A stretch of DNA of 62,000 nucleotides from Octopus vulgaris (lineage: Eukaryota). The translations under genes were made by a program, and so were the position numbers. The notes beneath the pieces were generated by a model that saw only the letters and a list, made by a program, of their open reading frames with translations, was not told where the DNA came from and did not search any database. Location: the NCBI GenBank assembly GCA_951406725.2, contig OX597822.1, forward strand, positions 43,482,001 to 43,544,000, in the 5' to 3' direction. Of the stretch, positions 13,151 to 27,210 are shown piece after piece. Position 1 is the first letter of the stretch. Each line of letters opens with the position of its first letter.

Positions 13151-13309
13151 GCACACACACGCGCGCACACACACATAACACACACACTTGTAGGTTCCTG
13201 CCACTTACATGAATACAACTAAGTCTATCGTTGGGCTTCCTATAGGGTTTGTAAATATTCTTTTTTAAAAAGTTTCTGCCACCCCACCCCCCATAATATT
13301 TAAGAATTC

Positions 13310-13610
13310 ACTTAAGAATATTAGTAGGCGAATTTCTAGGCTCTCCTCCGATATAAACATATTTAATAATTTTGCCCCAAAGCTCTTAAATATTGTAGAT
13401 TTAAAGAGGAAATAACTTATGCACCTGTTATTGGTCGAGAAATAAAGAAAAGAAAACAGGCATAGGAAAATGATCTGGTTTACACCTCCTTACTCCCTCG
13501 AAGTGACCTTTAATACAGGTAAATATTTCTCGTCACTTGTTGATAGACACTTTCCAATACATCAAAATTCGATTTAGTTAAACCAGAAATTTAAAAAATT
13601 TAATTGCACA
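13310..13610 (+). pseudogene. Penelope-like ORF fragment (RT-EN linker region)
   Basis: NISRRISRLSSDINIFNNFAPK and RHRKMIWFTPPYSLEVTFNTGKYFSSLVDRHFP match the PLE IIWFNPPYS..NIGKxFLxLIDKHFP motif. Confidence 0.75.
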
Positions 13611-13715
13611 TAACACAAAAAAAAAACAACAACACGAAGCCGGCTGTACCTACTGGGATAAAGACTTATACTTGCTGAATAGAGTTTGTGTGACTGAGGC
13701 CATTATTTATGTATG

Positions 13716-13831
<116 letters not shown>

Positions 13832-13923
13832 AGTGTGTGTGTGTGTACCAATGAAGAAATAAGTGATATAGATATCCACTTTATACAGTTCAGCCGAGTA
13901 GCACTCTGATTGAGTTTCAGGAA

Positions 13924-14328
13924 TATAAAATTAGGGAGAGGAGAAAACAAATTCAACGGTCGATGTATGTATTCATTCAATTCATATTAACGAAATTCTC
14001 CATAGTATACAAGGTACATACATAGATGCATTCATCTATATGAAATATACAAAATTTCTAAGACTTTATAAATATATAAAAATCCATACACATATAAAAA
14101 CTATAAACACATAAAAATTCATAAATACAAATATATAAAAAGCCTAGGTCCGTAATTGTACTTGCGAAGTCCAAAGGAAGAAGGTCATAAAGCGGGTGTA
14201 AAATGATTCATAAGATACATACATGCATCTATGTATGTACCTTGTATACTATGGAGAATTTCGTTAATATGGATTGAATAAATGTATACATAGGCCTTTG
14301 AATTTGTTTTCTCCTACCCTTAATTATA
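13924..14328. repeat. Inverted repeat, ~105-bp arms around a ~193-bp spacer
   Basis: 13924-14030 versus 14224-14328, with core tattaacgaaattctccatagtatacaaggtacatacatagatgca and its reverse complement. Confidence 0.85.
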
Positions 14329-14876
14329 TATATATATGTACCTCTATAGATATGTACACATAGGTATATTCATGTATGCGGCGATTGTTAATATATATAT
14401 CTGTACGAGTGTGCATATATATATATATATATATGTTCATGTTTGTGTATGAGTATATTTATTTGTATAAATGTCTAATATATATGTAGGCATATATCTA
14501 TATGAGGTTGAAGTTGCATATACATATATACGTATGTGAGTGTGTATATATTTATACATATACATGCTTATACATGTATATGTATATGCGTGTGTGTAGA
14601 GAGAGATGTCTATATGAGCATGTAAATGGATGTATGGGCATATCTCTCTCTCTCTGTATATATATATATATATGTATATACACATGTCAGTGTGAGTGTG
14701 TACGTATGTAGATTTTACGAACGCAGAAGGAACCTATTTATTCTGAGATTGTGGTTGCGTGTAGTTTTTTATAATTCAAACATTTTTTAATATTTTATAT
14801 CTTTTATATTTTTCACGCCTATTAGAGTAACTTCCCCTTTATTCAACGGTTTTTTTTTCATAGCGTCTACCGTCAA

Positions 14877-14937
14877 AATAGCCGATGAAAATGTCTCGAA
14901 GCTCCTAGCTCCGGCATTTGAAACTCTGAGTTCTGTT
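14877..14937 (+). ncRNA. Type I hammerhead with U4C core variant
   Basis: aauag-CCGAUGA-aaauguc/17 nt/ggcauuu-GAAA-CU/cug/AG-UU-cuguu: 5-bp stem I, 7-bp stem II, 3-bp stem III; paralog at ~26067-26128. Confidence 0.65.
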
Positions 14938-15025
14938 ATGACAACTTACTGATTGTCCTATACTATACTAAACAATACGATGCTATACTATACTATATTA
15001 TACTATACTATACTATACTACACTA

Positions 15026-15067
<42 letters not shown>

Positions 15068-15113
15068 TCCTCTATTATTTACATAATATCGAGGTCTCAT
15101 TTTTTTGTTGTCA

Positions 15114-15200
<87 letters not shown>

Positions 15201-15299
15201 CATGTGTGTGTGTGTGCGATATGAGATCTTTAAGCTTTTACTTATTTGAATCATTGGATAAGAGAGTTGCTGGGAATCACGTTGAAGGGTTAATCGAAG

Positions 15300-15570
15300 A
15301 AAGCGACCTCAGTTCTTATTTTTGAAATCTGGCATTTATTCTACCGGTATCTTTTGCTGAACCGTTATGTTACAGGATCCTAAAGGAACTAACACCGGAT
15401 GTCACGTGATGAAATAAACAAACACACACAGGCACCCCTTCCCACGCCTATACAACCCAGATTCCATTTACAAAATTCACTCACAAGGCACGGTTATGTC
15501 AAGGATTATAGTAGAAGACATTGGTTCAAGCTCTGACACATTGGGGGAATGAATCCAAATCTAAGTGGCT
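15300..15570 (-). mobile_element. SINE family A, degenerate copy
   Basis: ttattctaccggtatcttttgctgaaccg...cactcacaagg...tatagtagaagaca is the reverse complement of family A. Confidence 0.6.
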
Positions 15571-16099
15571 GCAAATTTGAAGAGCGAACTTAGGTAGGAG
15601 TGGTTATAAAACATGTTATACATAGAAAAATTAGATAGATATCTAAATTGGACATGAAGATATGAAAACGTTAAAAAAAAAACGAAAAGAAAAGAAAACG
15701 AAATCGAAAAATGCAAATAATTCTGAGTGAGGTCAGTGAAGTGAAAACTATAATTTAAAAGTTTTAAAGGCCCTCTGCAGAAACTCTATGTCGATTCTAT
15801 AGCATGATTTAAGCGAAACTATTTAAAGTCAAAAGTGTTATAGAAAGATCGTATAATGATCCAATGGGAAGGTCGGGAAGTCTCAATGGTTCTAAGATAT
15901 TAACAAAGATCGTCAAATATATCCAAAATTATAATCATGATAAGAGTAAGAATTTACAGTAAATTGAAATAACTAAATTCATATTTGTTACTGGGGATGA
16001 AGCCTTGCAATAGAAAACGCCGTACACTATTTCAGGTTTTCATCAATGTTGTTCTCGCAAAACTAGGCCACATGGTTCAGTCCAAAATTCAGTATGCGA

Positions 16100-16430
16100 G
16101 AAGCAGTGCATCTGGGAAATCCTCAAATTTATATAGAGCTATTTTCCAGAGGTCATTAATAATATAAGGATATTGAATAGAAACATTCTGTAAGTTTGTT
16201 ATTCTTGTAAGAATTTCGTTTTGTTGGTTAACCAGCATAATGTGAAAACTGTCTCTGAAGCCAATAGAAATGAAAGACATGTAATTGTATAGACATCAAC
16301 AAATGTCTCATTAATGGCAACTGCATGGCAAAAGTAATACTATATAGGACTGAAGTCCCAGTTTATAATAGCCCGGTATCCAAAATTTTAGATGGGGCAA
16401 CAGAAAACCGTTTTAAGGCAATTATTTTAC
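16100..16430 (+). pseudogene. Penelope-like GIY-YIG-region fragment, decayed
   Basis: ILNRNIL*VCYSC and NCIDINKCLINGNCMAKVILYRTEV...DGATENRFK match PLE NRNTIKVSYSC and CNC..CPLNGNC..IIYKA..YIGxTExxFK motifs. Confidence 0.7.
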
Positions 16431-16479
16431 ATGGAAAATAATTCATTTCAATAACCTATTTCTTTACTACCCATAAGGA

Positions 16480-16630
16480 GCTAAACACAGAGAGGACAAA
16501 CAAGAACAGACAAACGGATTAAGTCGATTATATCGATCCCAATGCGTAACTGGTACTTATTTAATCGACCCCGAAAGGATGAAGGGCAAAGTAGACGTCG
16601 GCGAAATTTGAACTCAGAACTAACCGACGC
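16480..16630 (-). mobile_element. SINE family B fragment
   Basis: gtacttatttaatcgaccccgaaaggatgaagggcaaagtagac...gaaatttgaactcagaac is the reverse complement of the family-B core. Confidence 0.75.
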
Positions 16631-16877
16631 GTCAATCATAATCAGACGGGTATGTATTATCCAACATATTTCATAAATTTTGAAACGTCCGACCACCCCA
16701 AACTATCCAGTCAGCTTTAAATATATAGTCGATTATTTACCGAATAATTTATCCCTGCACCATTTATAAACGTTTATAAAAATTGACTGTAGTCAAATGA
16801 TCGGTTACGTGAAACTCAAACTAATAGATTTTTCAGCTGCAGGAAAAATACCGATGATTATGATGATGATAATGTTG

Positions 16878-16924
<47 letters not shown>

Positions 16925-17089
16925 AATAATAATAATGATAATAATAATTATAATTCACATACACATATATATGTGTATGTATATATGTATACATATATAT
17001 TTCACAAACTGTTAGTTTGTGGAATTTCTCAGCTTCAATAATATATGTATGTCTATATGCATGTATGTATGTATATATATATATGTATG

Positions 17090-17150
<61 letters not shown>

Positions 17151-17151
17151 G

Positions 17152-17212
<61 letters not shown>

Positions 17213-17219
17213 GTATATA

Positions 17220-17334
<115 letters not shown>

Positions 17335-18971
17335 CTGTGCGAGTACGTATAAAATATGTACGTATGTATATGGGGGTTCTATGTATATATACGTATATGC
17401 TCAACGGAATCAGTTGGGAAATTAACCTGATATTGCGTTATGAAAAATGCACCAAGGCAACATTGGAAAAAAATATCATGTTATATAAAGAAAACAAATA
17501 TGATAGTATTATTCCAAAAAACACTTAAAAATTATATGAATTAATGACCTAGACATTGTATAACACACGCAAATGGTTTGGAAAAAATATTATGGCCGCA
17601 TTAAATTCATACTTTAAAAAATATAAATGCAAAAAAAAAAATATATATATATATAAGGCAGTAATTCTTAATATTTTATCTAGGTGTTTAAGTAAGAAGT
17701 TACAGTTATAATATCGTGAACTGGAAGTTAAGGTGAATTAGTAAGACTAGACAGGAAAACATGAAATATAATGGCTACGTTTCGAATACATTATCTAAAA
17801 ATCTGACATAGAAATATATTTATCAAGAATACAAGGAGGGTGAGGTATTTTGTAAACAATCACAAAAACTTGAACAAATAAACAAGAACTATTTACTGTC
17901 TCCAGGGAAGTCAAGAAATGAGAAAAAAAGAGAAAAAAAATGAAGTCAGATGAAGTAACAGATATTTGTGAGTAAAAACGGTAAAACAACAACAGAAAAT
18001 ATCTTGCAAAAAACAAGAAATAAGAACTAAATTGAAATTGGCATTATGAAATATCAGACGGTGGTTAGAAAAGTCTAAAAGTTATCATATCGCAGCCAAT
18101 ATGTGACAAACGCAGAGCAGAGAGGTTTCAGAGAATGGCAAACTGAACACATTATAGAATATTAAGATTATCAGAGAGGAGGAGATTAACGTTAATCGCA
18201 CCAAACAATGCTGTCAAGGACCACCAGATAATCAAGACTTCCTTATATACGTGTCAAATGCAGGCCGTATGGTAAAAAAATGTTTCTAACGTAACAACGC
18301 CATCCTCAGTTCGGTTCCGCTGCACAACCTACGATTGTTAATGAGATTAAGTAAACCTGAACTGTGACGACCCTCGTATACACACATACACACACACACA
18401 CACACAGACACACACACACACACACACACACATACACACACGCACACGCACGCACACACACATGCATACACACACACAAACATACATACATAGATACATA
18501 CTGGCGTAGCAAGATACATACCAACACGTCTGAAGCAAAATATGGCTGAAATTGGGTTCTTGGGGGAGAATATGGAAATCCTTAATTCATGCTCTAAAAA
18601 TGATCACGATATGTAACAAAATAAAAATCTGCAAGACCTCCTTAAGATGTAATGGACAATGAACAAAACAAAATTCTTACCTTCACAACCTTGCTACCAA
18701 GTAGTTAGCCAACCAAAATTTAAAAAGAAAAAGTGTAAATCCATCCAACCATCCATCTATACCTAGCTAGCTAGCTAGCTACCTACCTACGTACCTACGT
18801 ACCTACCTACCTACCTACATACCTACCTACCTACCTTCCTACCTACCTACCTACCTACCTACCTACCTACCTACCTACCTACCTACCTACCTACCTACCT
18901 ACCTACCTACCTACCTACATACTTACCTACCTACCTACCTACCTACCTACCTACCTACATACCTACTTACC

Positions 18972-19011
<40 letters not shown>

Positions 19012-19235
19012 ATCAATATAGGGTGGCAAAAAAAAAATTTTGTAGAATTCTTTTGCCACCAGCGGCCTAGTAGGAAAAAATTAAATAGTCATAAACCATT
19101 TTTACGTTCAACATCACAATCAAGGAACGGCCATAATAGGCCATTCACCCACTAGAAATAACAGCCAAAAGCTTTAACCGCAAAATAACATTAATTCCGT
19201 AAACCAGGAGAAAATTGAAAAACTTTTACCCTGTA

Positions 19236-19342
19236 ATTTCTTAGACGATGCACCGTTTCATCTACCGTTTAATGGTAAACTAACCTGATTAAATTAAATC
19301 AAGCCAATCCACCATAGGCCCTTAGACTCATCAGTAAGAAAT
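19236..19342 (-). ncRNA. Type I hammerhead ribozyme, copy 1 (canonical core, extended stem II)
   Basis: auuucuua (19342-35) - CUGAUGA (19334-28) - gucua...uagau stem II - GAAA (19259-56) - C-ggugcauc-GUC - uaagaaau (19243-36); predicted cleavage between 19244 and 19243. Confidence 0.9.
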
Positions 19343-19726
19343 AGCCAAGTCGGAACAGATATTTTTCACGAGGCATTCCTCTTGCTACCTCGGCAATATC
19401 TGACCTAAAATTTTCAAATCGTCGCACTCGCGCCAAATTTATCGGCAGCAAATAAATATAAGCCACCGATTCCATTACGGAACTAACCAGAAAATTCATA
19501 ATTAATCAATATAGGGTGGCAAAAAAAATTTTGTAGAATTCTTTTGCCACCAGCGGCCTAGTAGGAAAAAATTAAATAGTCATAAACCATTTTTACGTTC
19601 AACATCACAATCAAGGAACGGCCATAATAGGCCATTCACCCACTAGAAATAACAGCCAAAAGCTTTAACCGCAAAATAACATTAATTCCGTAAACCAGGA
19701 GAAAATTGAAAAACTTTTACCCTGTA

Positions 19727-19833
19727 ATTTCTTAGACGATGCACCGTTTCATCTACCGTTTAATGGTAAACTAACCTGATTAAATTAAATCAAGCCAATC
19801 CACCATAGGCCCTTAGACTCATCAGTAAGAAAT
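19727..19833 (-). ncRNA. Type I hammerhead ribozyme, copy 2
   Basis: Identical to copy 1, offset by 491 bp; predicted cleavage between 19735 and 19734. Confidence 0.9.
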
Positions 19834-19991
19834 AGCCAAGTCGGAACAGATATTTTTCACGAGGCATTCCTCTTGCTACCTCGGCAATATCTGACCTAAA
19901 ATTTTCAAATCGTCGCACTCGCGCCAAATTTATCGGCAGCAAATAAATATAAGCCACCGATTCCATTACGGAACTAACCAGAAAATTCATA

Positions 19992-20024
<33 letters not shown>

Positions 20025-20439
20025 TATTTTTACAAAAAGAGGAGTGACAGTGACTTCGCAGTTTCTCGTGCTCCATTATGACCGCAGTTCTCTTGAACTA
20101 ATTATTGAATAAAAGCATCTAAGTGCATATGTACACACCCAACATACATACATACACACACACGTATACATATATATTGATAGATAGATATACACATGAA
20201 TGTATGTTCGCATGTATGGTAATATGTATGTGTCTATATATATATATATATCAAGGCATAGATTCACATATGCATACCATAGTATATGATTATAGACTTA
20301 ACAAAGGAGTCTATCATTGACGGATTGGTGATCATTCTCGTTTTTAATCATCATCGCCATTATTGCCGCCATTTCTCAGAGATTTCTCTGTGCAGCTCTG
20401 GACGTAATGTTGTCTTTGATGGCTTTTATCCATTGTCTA

Positions 20440-20780
20440 TACCACAAAAGAATGCCCTAGACTTGCCCAAAACCACTACAAGTTGTGGCGACATGATTAG
20501 GTAGCGGAAGTGATACGTTGGAAATTGTGCAAAACGTGGGGAGCAGAGAAGGGCAAGATGTGGTATGAACATAAACCGCACAGTGTAGCAGAGTCGGAGT
20601 CTAGCGACATTCTTGGGGATTTCCCAATCCAAACAGATCACGTGATAGAGCATAACAGACCGGACCAAGTTGTAGTGGATAAGGTGCACCACATCTGCTA
20701 TATAGTTGATGTTTTATGCCCGATTGATCCACGAATAGTCAAGAAGGAAGGCGAAAAAATAGATAAATATACCATCTTAA
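20440..20780 (+). pseudogene. R4/Dong-clade LINE fragment (zinc-knuckle end and restriction-like endonuclease)
   Basis: ECPRLAQNHYKLWRHD*VAEVIRWKLC...WYEHKP...DFPIQTDHVIEHNRPDQVVVDK...IVDVLCPIDPRIVKKEGEKIDKY contains the RPD..D..KxxKY RLE signature. Confidence 0.85.
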
Positions 20781-20865
20781 GTATGTCTGTATTTGTGTTT
20801 GTATATATATGTGTTTATATGTTTGTGTGTGTTGTGTGTGTGTTGCGCGTGTGTGTGTGATGTGA

Positions 20866-20915
<50 letters not shown>

Positions 20916-21160
20916 CTGTGTGTGTAACGATATAAATTTTACTTCAGTAGCGAAAGAACGTATAGTATGTTGAACTTAGTAAGCCTGCAACGCATGCAAG
21001 ATCCCAGGAGCTCCAACTAAACCTGTGATAAAGGGTTTTGGTGATATTATGGTGAAAGTAACAACAACAATATTAATAATTATAATCATAATAAAGAACA
21101 TGTATGATTATCGATATAGCAACAACAACAACAATAATAATGATAATAATAATAATAATG

Positions 21161-21212
<52 letters not shown>

Positions 21213-21240
21213 TAATAAAGATAATAATAATAATAATAAC

Positions 21241-21284
<44 letters not shown>

Positions 21285-21320
21285 TAATAATGATGATGAT
21301 GATGATGATCTTGTTGATGT

Positions 21321-21360
<40 letters not shown>

Positions 21361-22083
21361 ATTATCCGCTGTGGTCAGCTGACACTTTCCATCAGCTGAC
21401 ACTTTCCCAGCAAAATAAGCTGAGAGTTTTCATCAAAATAATAATAATGACCCCACTGTTTAACTGGTAATTATTTTATCGGTTCCCGAAAGCAATTGAA
21501 GGCAAAGTTAACTTCGGCGGAATTTGAACTCAGAACACAAAGAGGACAAGACAATAACAACAACAACAACAGTAAGAAGAATAAGAAGACGAAGAAAAAG
21601 AAGAAGAAAGAAAGAAAGAAAGATAGAAAATAAAAAAGATGTAGATGAAGAACAACAACAAGAAGAAAACGATAAAAAGAAAAAGCGGAAAATGAAAAGA
21701 AAGAGGAATATATGACAAATGAAGAGGATGCAACCGAAGAAAGACAAAAAAGAAAAAAGGAAGAGAGATATGTAGAGAAAAAAGGAGAGGAGAAAAAGAT
21801 GGCGGTTGTCTGTTAGGTAGATACATGTCGGAAACAATATTAATAATTATAATTATAATAAAGAACATGTATGATTATCGATATAGCATGCCCCGGTGAC
21901 AACAGGATCAATGTGAAAGAAGAAGAATAAATAAACAACCACGAGATTGAGTGAGAGAGAGAGAGAAAGAGAGAGACAGAGTTAGATAGATAGATTAATA
22001 GATTGACAGAGAGAGAAAGAAAGAGTGACAGCAAAAAGGAACGGTTAGCTTGACATAAAATGTATAGTCACTTATTCTGTAAT

Positions 22084-22166
<83 letters not shown>

Positions 22167-22178
22167 GTTTATATTGTA

Positions 22179-22616
22179 CTAGCAGCATAGCCCGGCGTTG
22201 CCCGGGTATGTAAGAGCCCCTAGTAGGCAACGACTAATCCCAATCTAGTCCTTTCCCTCTAGGGAACGAAGGCGCATGTGTAGGTTGCAATGTCTTCTCT
22301 TCACTCGAATACTTCTGTGTAAACGATGTTCTTAGCTGTCCCTTTGGGCGATAAAAAGGTCGAGTTGTGTCCCCTAGACAGAAAATGTGTTGCATATAAA
22401 AAGCTTAGATTCTCGACCCCATGTCGAATTTATCGATTGTTTTCAGAACTGGGGGAACTTTTCAAAATTTTCACTGCGCTAGTTTTGAATTATGACATTG
22501 GGTTATGTGTGTCAAGTTTCATCAGAATCGGTTGAAAGCCGTGGTCAGGGTGAGGGTACAACCTGACAGACACACAGACACACAGACAGACAAACTGCCG
22601 TTTATATATAGAGAGA
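22179..22616 (-). mobile_element. Non-autonomous Helitron, second family
   Basis: Minus strand a|TCtctctatatata...cccgggcaacgccggg hairpin...CTAG|t; no TSD; internal (CAGA)-like repeat. Confidence 0.8.
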
Positions 22617-23016
22617 TACGCGTGTAAGCGTATGTTTGAGAGTGTGTGGCAGTGTCTGTGTCTCAATATGTGTATGTATGTGTGTATGTATATATAGTTT
22701 ACTGTTCCGTTATAGATAGGACCAAGTAAAACAGTTCTCCATATATATATTTACGTATATATTCCATTCACACTGAAATCATACTAAAACAAGTCTTTTC
22801 TTCTTTTACAAAAAAAGGTTCATCTTATACATAAAACCTTTCATTCATTACATAGACATCACAAATGACATTTGCAAAGAGATAGAAAACGTCGCTGCAA
22901 TGAAAATGTAGGCTTTCGAAAAATGTCTGCATCATAGAGCATATCAATATGAGAAACAAAACTACACACACACACACACACATATATATATACATATATA
23001 TACATATACACACACA

Positions 23017-23052
<36 letters not shown>

Positions 23053-23097
23053 TATATATACATACATATATATATATATACATACATATATATATAC

Positions 23098-23162
<65 letters not shown>

Positions 23163-23326
23163 TGTGTTGATTCAGCAGCAGCGACAATTTAGATGACTCA
23201 ATACAAATGTAGAGTCTTCTTTAATGCATTATAACTGCAAGGCTTCGATTTCCAGTACTCAGTACTATTTGTTTCCAATCACTAGTAGGTAAACCGTGCC
23301 TGGTTTTCTTTTCAACATCCACTGTC

Positions 23327-23361
<35 letters not shown>

Positions 23362-23622
23362 CCATATTTGATTTGAAATGAAAAACGCGAGCGTGAATCA
23401 TTGGTTTTTTGTCACATGTCGTTCACAAAGTTTTTTTTTTTTTTACGAAAGAACATAAAGATAAGCAATTCTTCTAATTCCATTTCATTTCATACTTCAA
23501 GAATTACTCTGACTATGAATATTCAGAAGAAGACCAGACCCGCTTTACCAGCTGGTGATTGGAGACGAGCAACTTGGAATACTGGAAATCGAATAGTTTC
23601 ACTTATTACGTATGTATGTATA

Positions 23623-23797
23623 GGCGTAGGAGTGGCTGTGCGGTAAGTAGCTTGCTTACGAACCACATGGTTCCGAGTTCAGTCCCACTGCGTGGCACCT
23701 TGGGCAAGTGTCTTCTATTATAGCCTCTTGCCGACCAAAGCCTTGCGAGTGGATTTGGTAGACGGAAACTGAAAGAAGCCCGTCGTATATATGTATG

Positions 23798-23873
<76 letters not shown>

Positions 23874-24028
23874 TGTGTGCGTGTGTGTGCGTGTGTGTGT
23901 GTATCTTTGTGTGTCTGTGTTTGTTCCCCAACATCGCTTGACAACCGATGTTGGTGTGTTTACGTCCCCGTAACTTAGCAGCAAAAGAGAATGATAGAAT
24001 AAGTACTAGGCTTCCAAAGAATAAGTCA
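23623..24028 (+). mobile_element. SINE family A, well preserved
   Basis: Complete head, core, internal (TA)n(TG)n and 3' half up to gaataagtc, where the transposon fragment begins. Confidence 0.9.
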
Positions 24029-24735
<707 letters not shown>

Positions 24736-25542
24736 CATCCAACCGACATGAATTTACCATTGGGCTATTACTTTCTGTTCGCAATCTTAGCGACCAAAAC
24801 AATTTGGCAATCAATACCTTAACGTCCTTTAGTCCATACATCGATGACAACAGCACTAGCAATTAATGTAAATTTTTGAAAAGCACAATGAAAAATTCTA
24901 TCTCGATGTGATATCAAAATCTTTAGAAGTGATCATTACCACTATCACTGGCACTTTTGCAATTATAGGAAAAGGGCATACTCAATTCTGAGTATATAAT
25001 TTATTGGAATGAAAGTTTGTAAATTATATGATGATAAACTATATTCTTATATTTTGAAATGCTTCTGGTTAAAGGTGATGACAACATCGATACAGCAAAT
25101 TGTCTATCATGAGTACAGACGTGGCTGATAATACCGAATCAATATAGGCAGTTCTGGCAGCACTGAGCAGAATGAAGGTGACCTCAAACAACACATACAT
25201 ACGGTTGATGACGATGGCCATGCCTCTCTTCATGAGGTTTCTTGCGTTAGGTTTCAGAGAGCACAGCTCCAGCATCACTCACAGAATTCTATGCCTTCCA
25301 ATTGGAAGCCAGGACTTGCACTGGAATTAAAAGGGTAAAACGTGATAGTATAATATTTACAGCACAAATATCTCCCTTTATTGAATTTCTATTTACAAAC
25401 TTATGTCATCTATCATTCATAGAAAATACCAAAAAAGTTTACATTAAAGAATGGCGCTGCAAGTACACAAGCATACGTTTAAAACATTAATACGTTTAAT
25501 ACATCATAAGATGTTTTTCCTTTGGCTTTGTTTTATATTTCC

Positions 25543-25644
<102 letters not shown>

Positions 25645-26212
25645 CATCTATCTATCTATGTATCTATCTATCTATATACGTATATTTATATGTACAGATA
25701 TCTAAATATCTATGTATTATGTTATGTGTATGTATGCAAATACCTCTATAAATATAAGTATGAAGTTACGTACACATACACACAGACACACACACACACA
25801 CGCACACACACATATATACATGTGTGCGCGTGTGTGTGTGTGGATATGTGTGTATGTATGAGTACGTACATACGTATATGTTTGTGTCTGTATGTGCATG
25901 TACGTATACATGTTTGTGTGTGTATGGATAAAGACGTTATGAATGCAGGTGGTTTATGTCAATGTATTATAAGAATATGGTTGCGTGTATGTTTTTGTTT
26001 TTTTCTTTTTCTACCTATTAGAGTGACTTCCCTTTTATTCAATGGTTTCATAGCATCTGTGCCATTAATACCCGACGAAAAATGCATCGCAGCTCTTCGT
26101 TCCGACATTCGAAACTCCGAGTATTATAACAACTTATTGTTTGTTCTAAATTATGACATATATAAATAATCATCTATTTATCAATTAATCGTGGTCTCAT
26201 ACTTTTGTTGTT

Positions 26213-26319
<107 letters not shown>

Positions 26320-26384
26320 GTTATTATTATTATTATTATTATTATCATTTATCATTATATATATTTATATATATATAAATACAA

Positions 26385-26417
<33 letters not shown>

Positions 26418-26881
26418 CGTGTGTGTGTGTATGGGGATACGTATATACATGTAGATATGTGTAACATGTACTCACATCCACATTTTTATCTGTCTATAGT
26501 CATTTAGTAACCATATACAGCAGAAATTTTCTTTAGTATTATATAAACACGATGCTTGGCATCTATTAACTGGCTTATAGTAGCATCTTTTGTATTTTCT
26601 CGTGTAAATGACAATCTGTTGACCATTTCAAAAGACACACTTAACCGACAGACATAACCCGACCTCTGACAACCGATTATTTCCCGAAGATTCACATAGG
26701 AAATAAAGAAAACTTGAGTAGCGTAAGAGTAATTATTACTCTACGCGTTTCTATAAACACTGCTACAGATATTGATTAATAACCCCCTCACTTGCGCATG
26801 CATTACATTACAAAAGCACGTAGAAAAAAGGTCAATCTACTGGCACCCGGGTACTTGAAAGTTAAATAATTAGAACTCTAG

Positions 26882-27210
26882 GCACCCTCTTCGCTTACGA
26901 CGACGAGGGTTCCAGTTAATCCGATCAACGGAACAAGCCTGCTCATGAAATTAATGTGCAAGTGGCTGAGCACTCCACAGACGCGTGTACCTTTATCATA
27001 GTTCTCGGGGATATTCAACGTGACACAGAGTGTGACAAGGCCGGCCCTTTGAATTACAGGGACAACAGAAAAAGGAAGTAAGAGTGAGTACAGCAGGGTT
27101 CGCCACCATCCCCTGCAGGGGCCTCGTGGAGCTTTAGGTGTTTTCGCTCAATAAACACTCACAACGCCCGGTCTGAGAATCGAAACCGCTAGGCCATTGC
27201 GCCTCTACAT
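26882..27210 (-). mobile_element. SINE family C
   Basis: Reverse-complement homolog of 12053-12412. Confidence 0.75.

Larger units (their letters stand above)
19011..19993 (-). mobile_element. Tandem dimer of a ~491-bp hammerhead-containing unit (retrozyme-like element)
   Basis: Units 19011-19503 and 19504-19993 look identical except A10 versus A8; each has a complete type I HHR on the minus strand; (TA)n flanks; no RT or transposase ORF. Confidence 0.85.

Noticed and set aside
19340-19435. Possible Pol III A/B boxes in the HHR unit (tggcgcgagtgcg; gttccgac)
   Set aside because: Both deviate from consensus, and the HHR strand has several T4+ runs that would terminate Pol III before a monomer was completed.
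19299-19499. 66-aa ORF in each 491-bp unit (MNFLVSSVMES...), running through the HHR core
   Set aside because: Short, no recognisable domain, and repeated only because the unit is repeated. It would need ribosome profiling or codon-level conservation across copies.
19011-19503. The 491-bp unit as a Helitron, given its subterminal ggtggcaaaa/ttttgccacc hairpin and tandem arrangement
   Set aside because: No TC...CTRR termini at the unit boundaries, unlike the true Helitrons in this window; the HHR explains the unit better.
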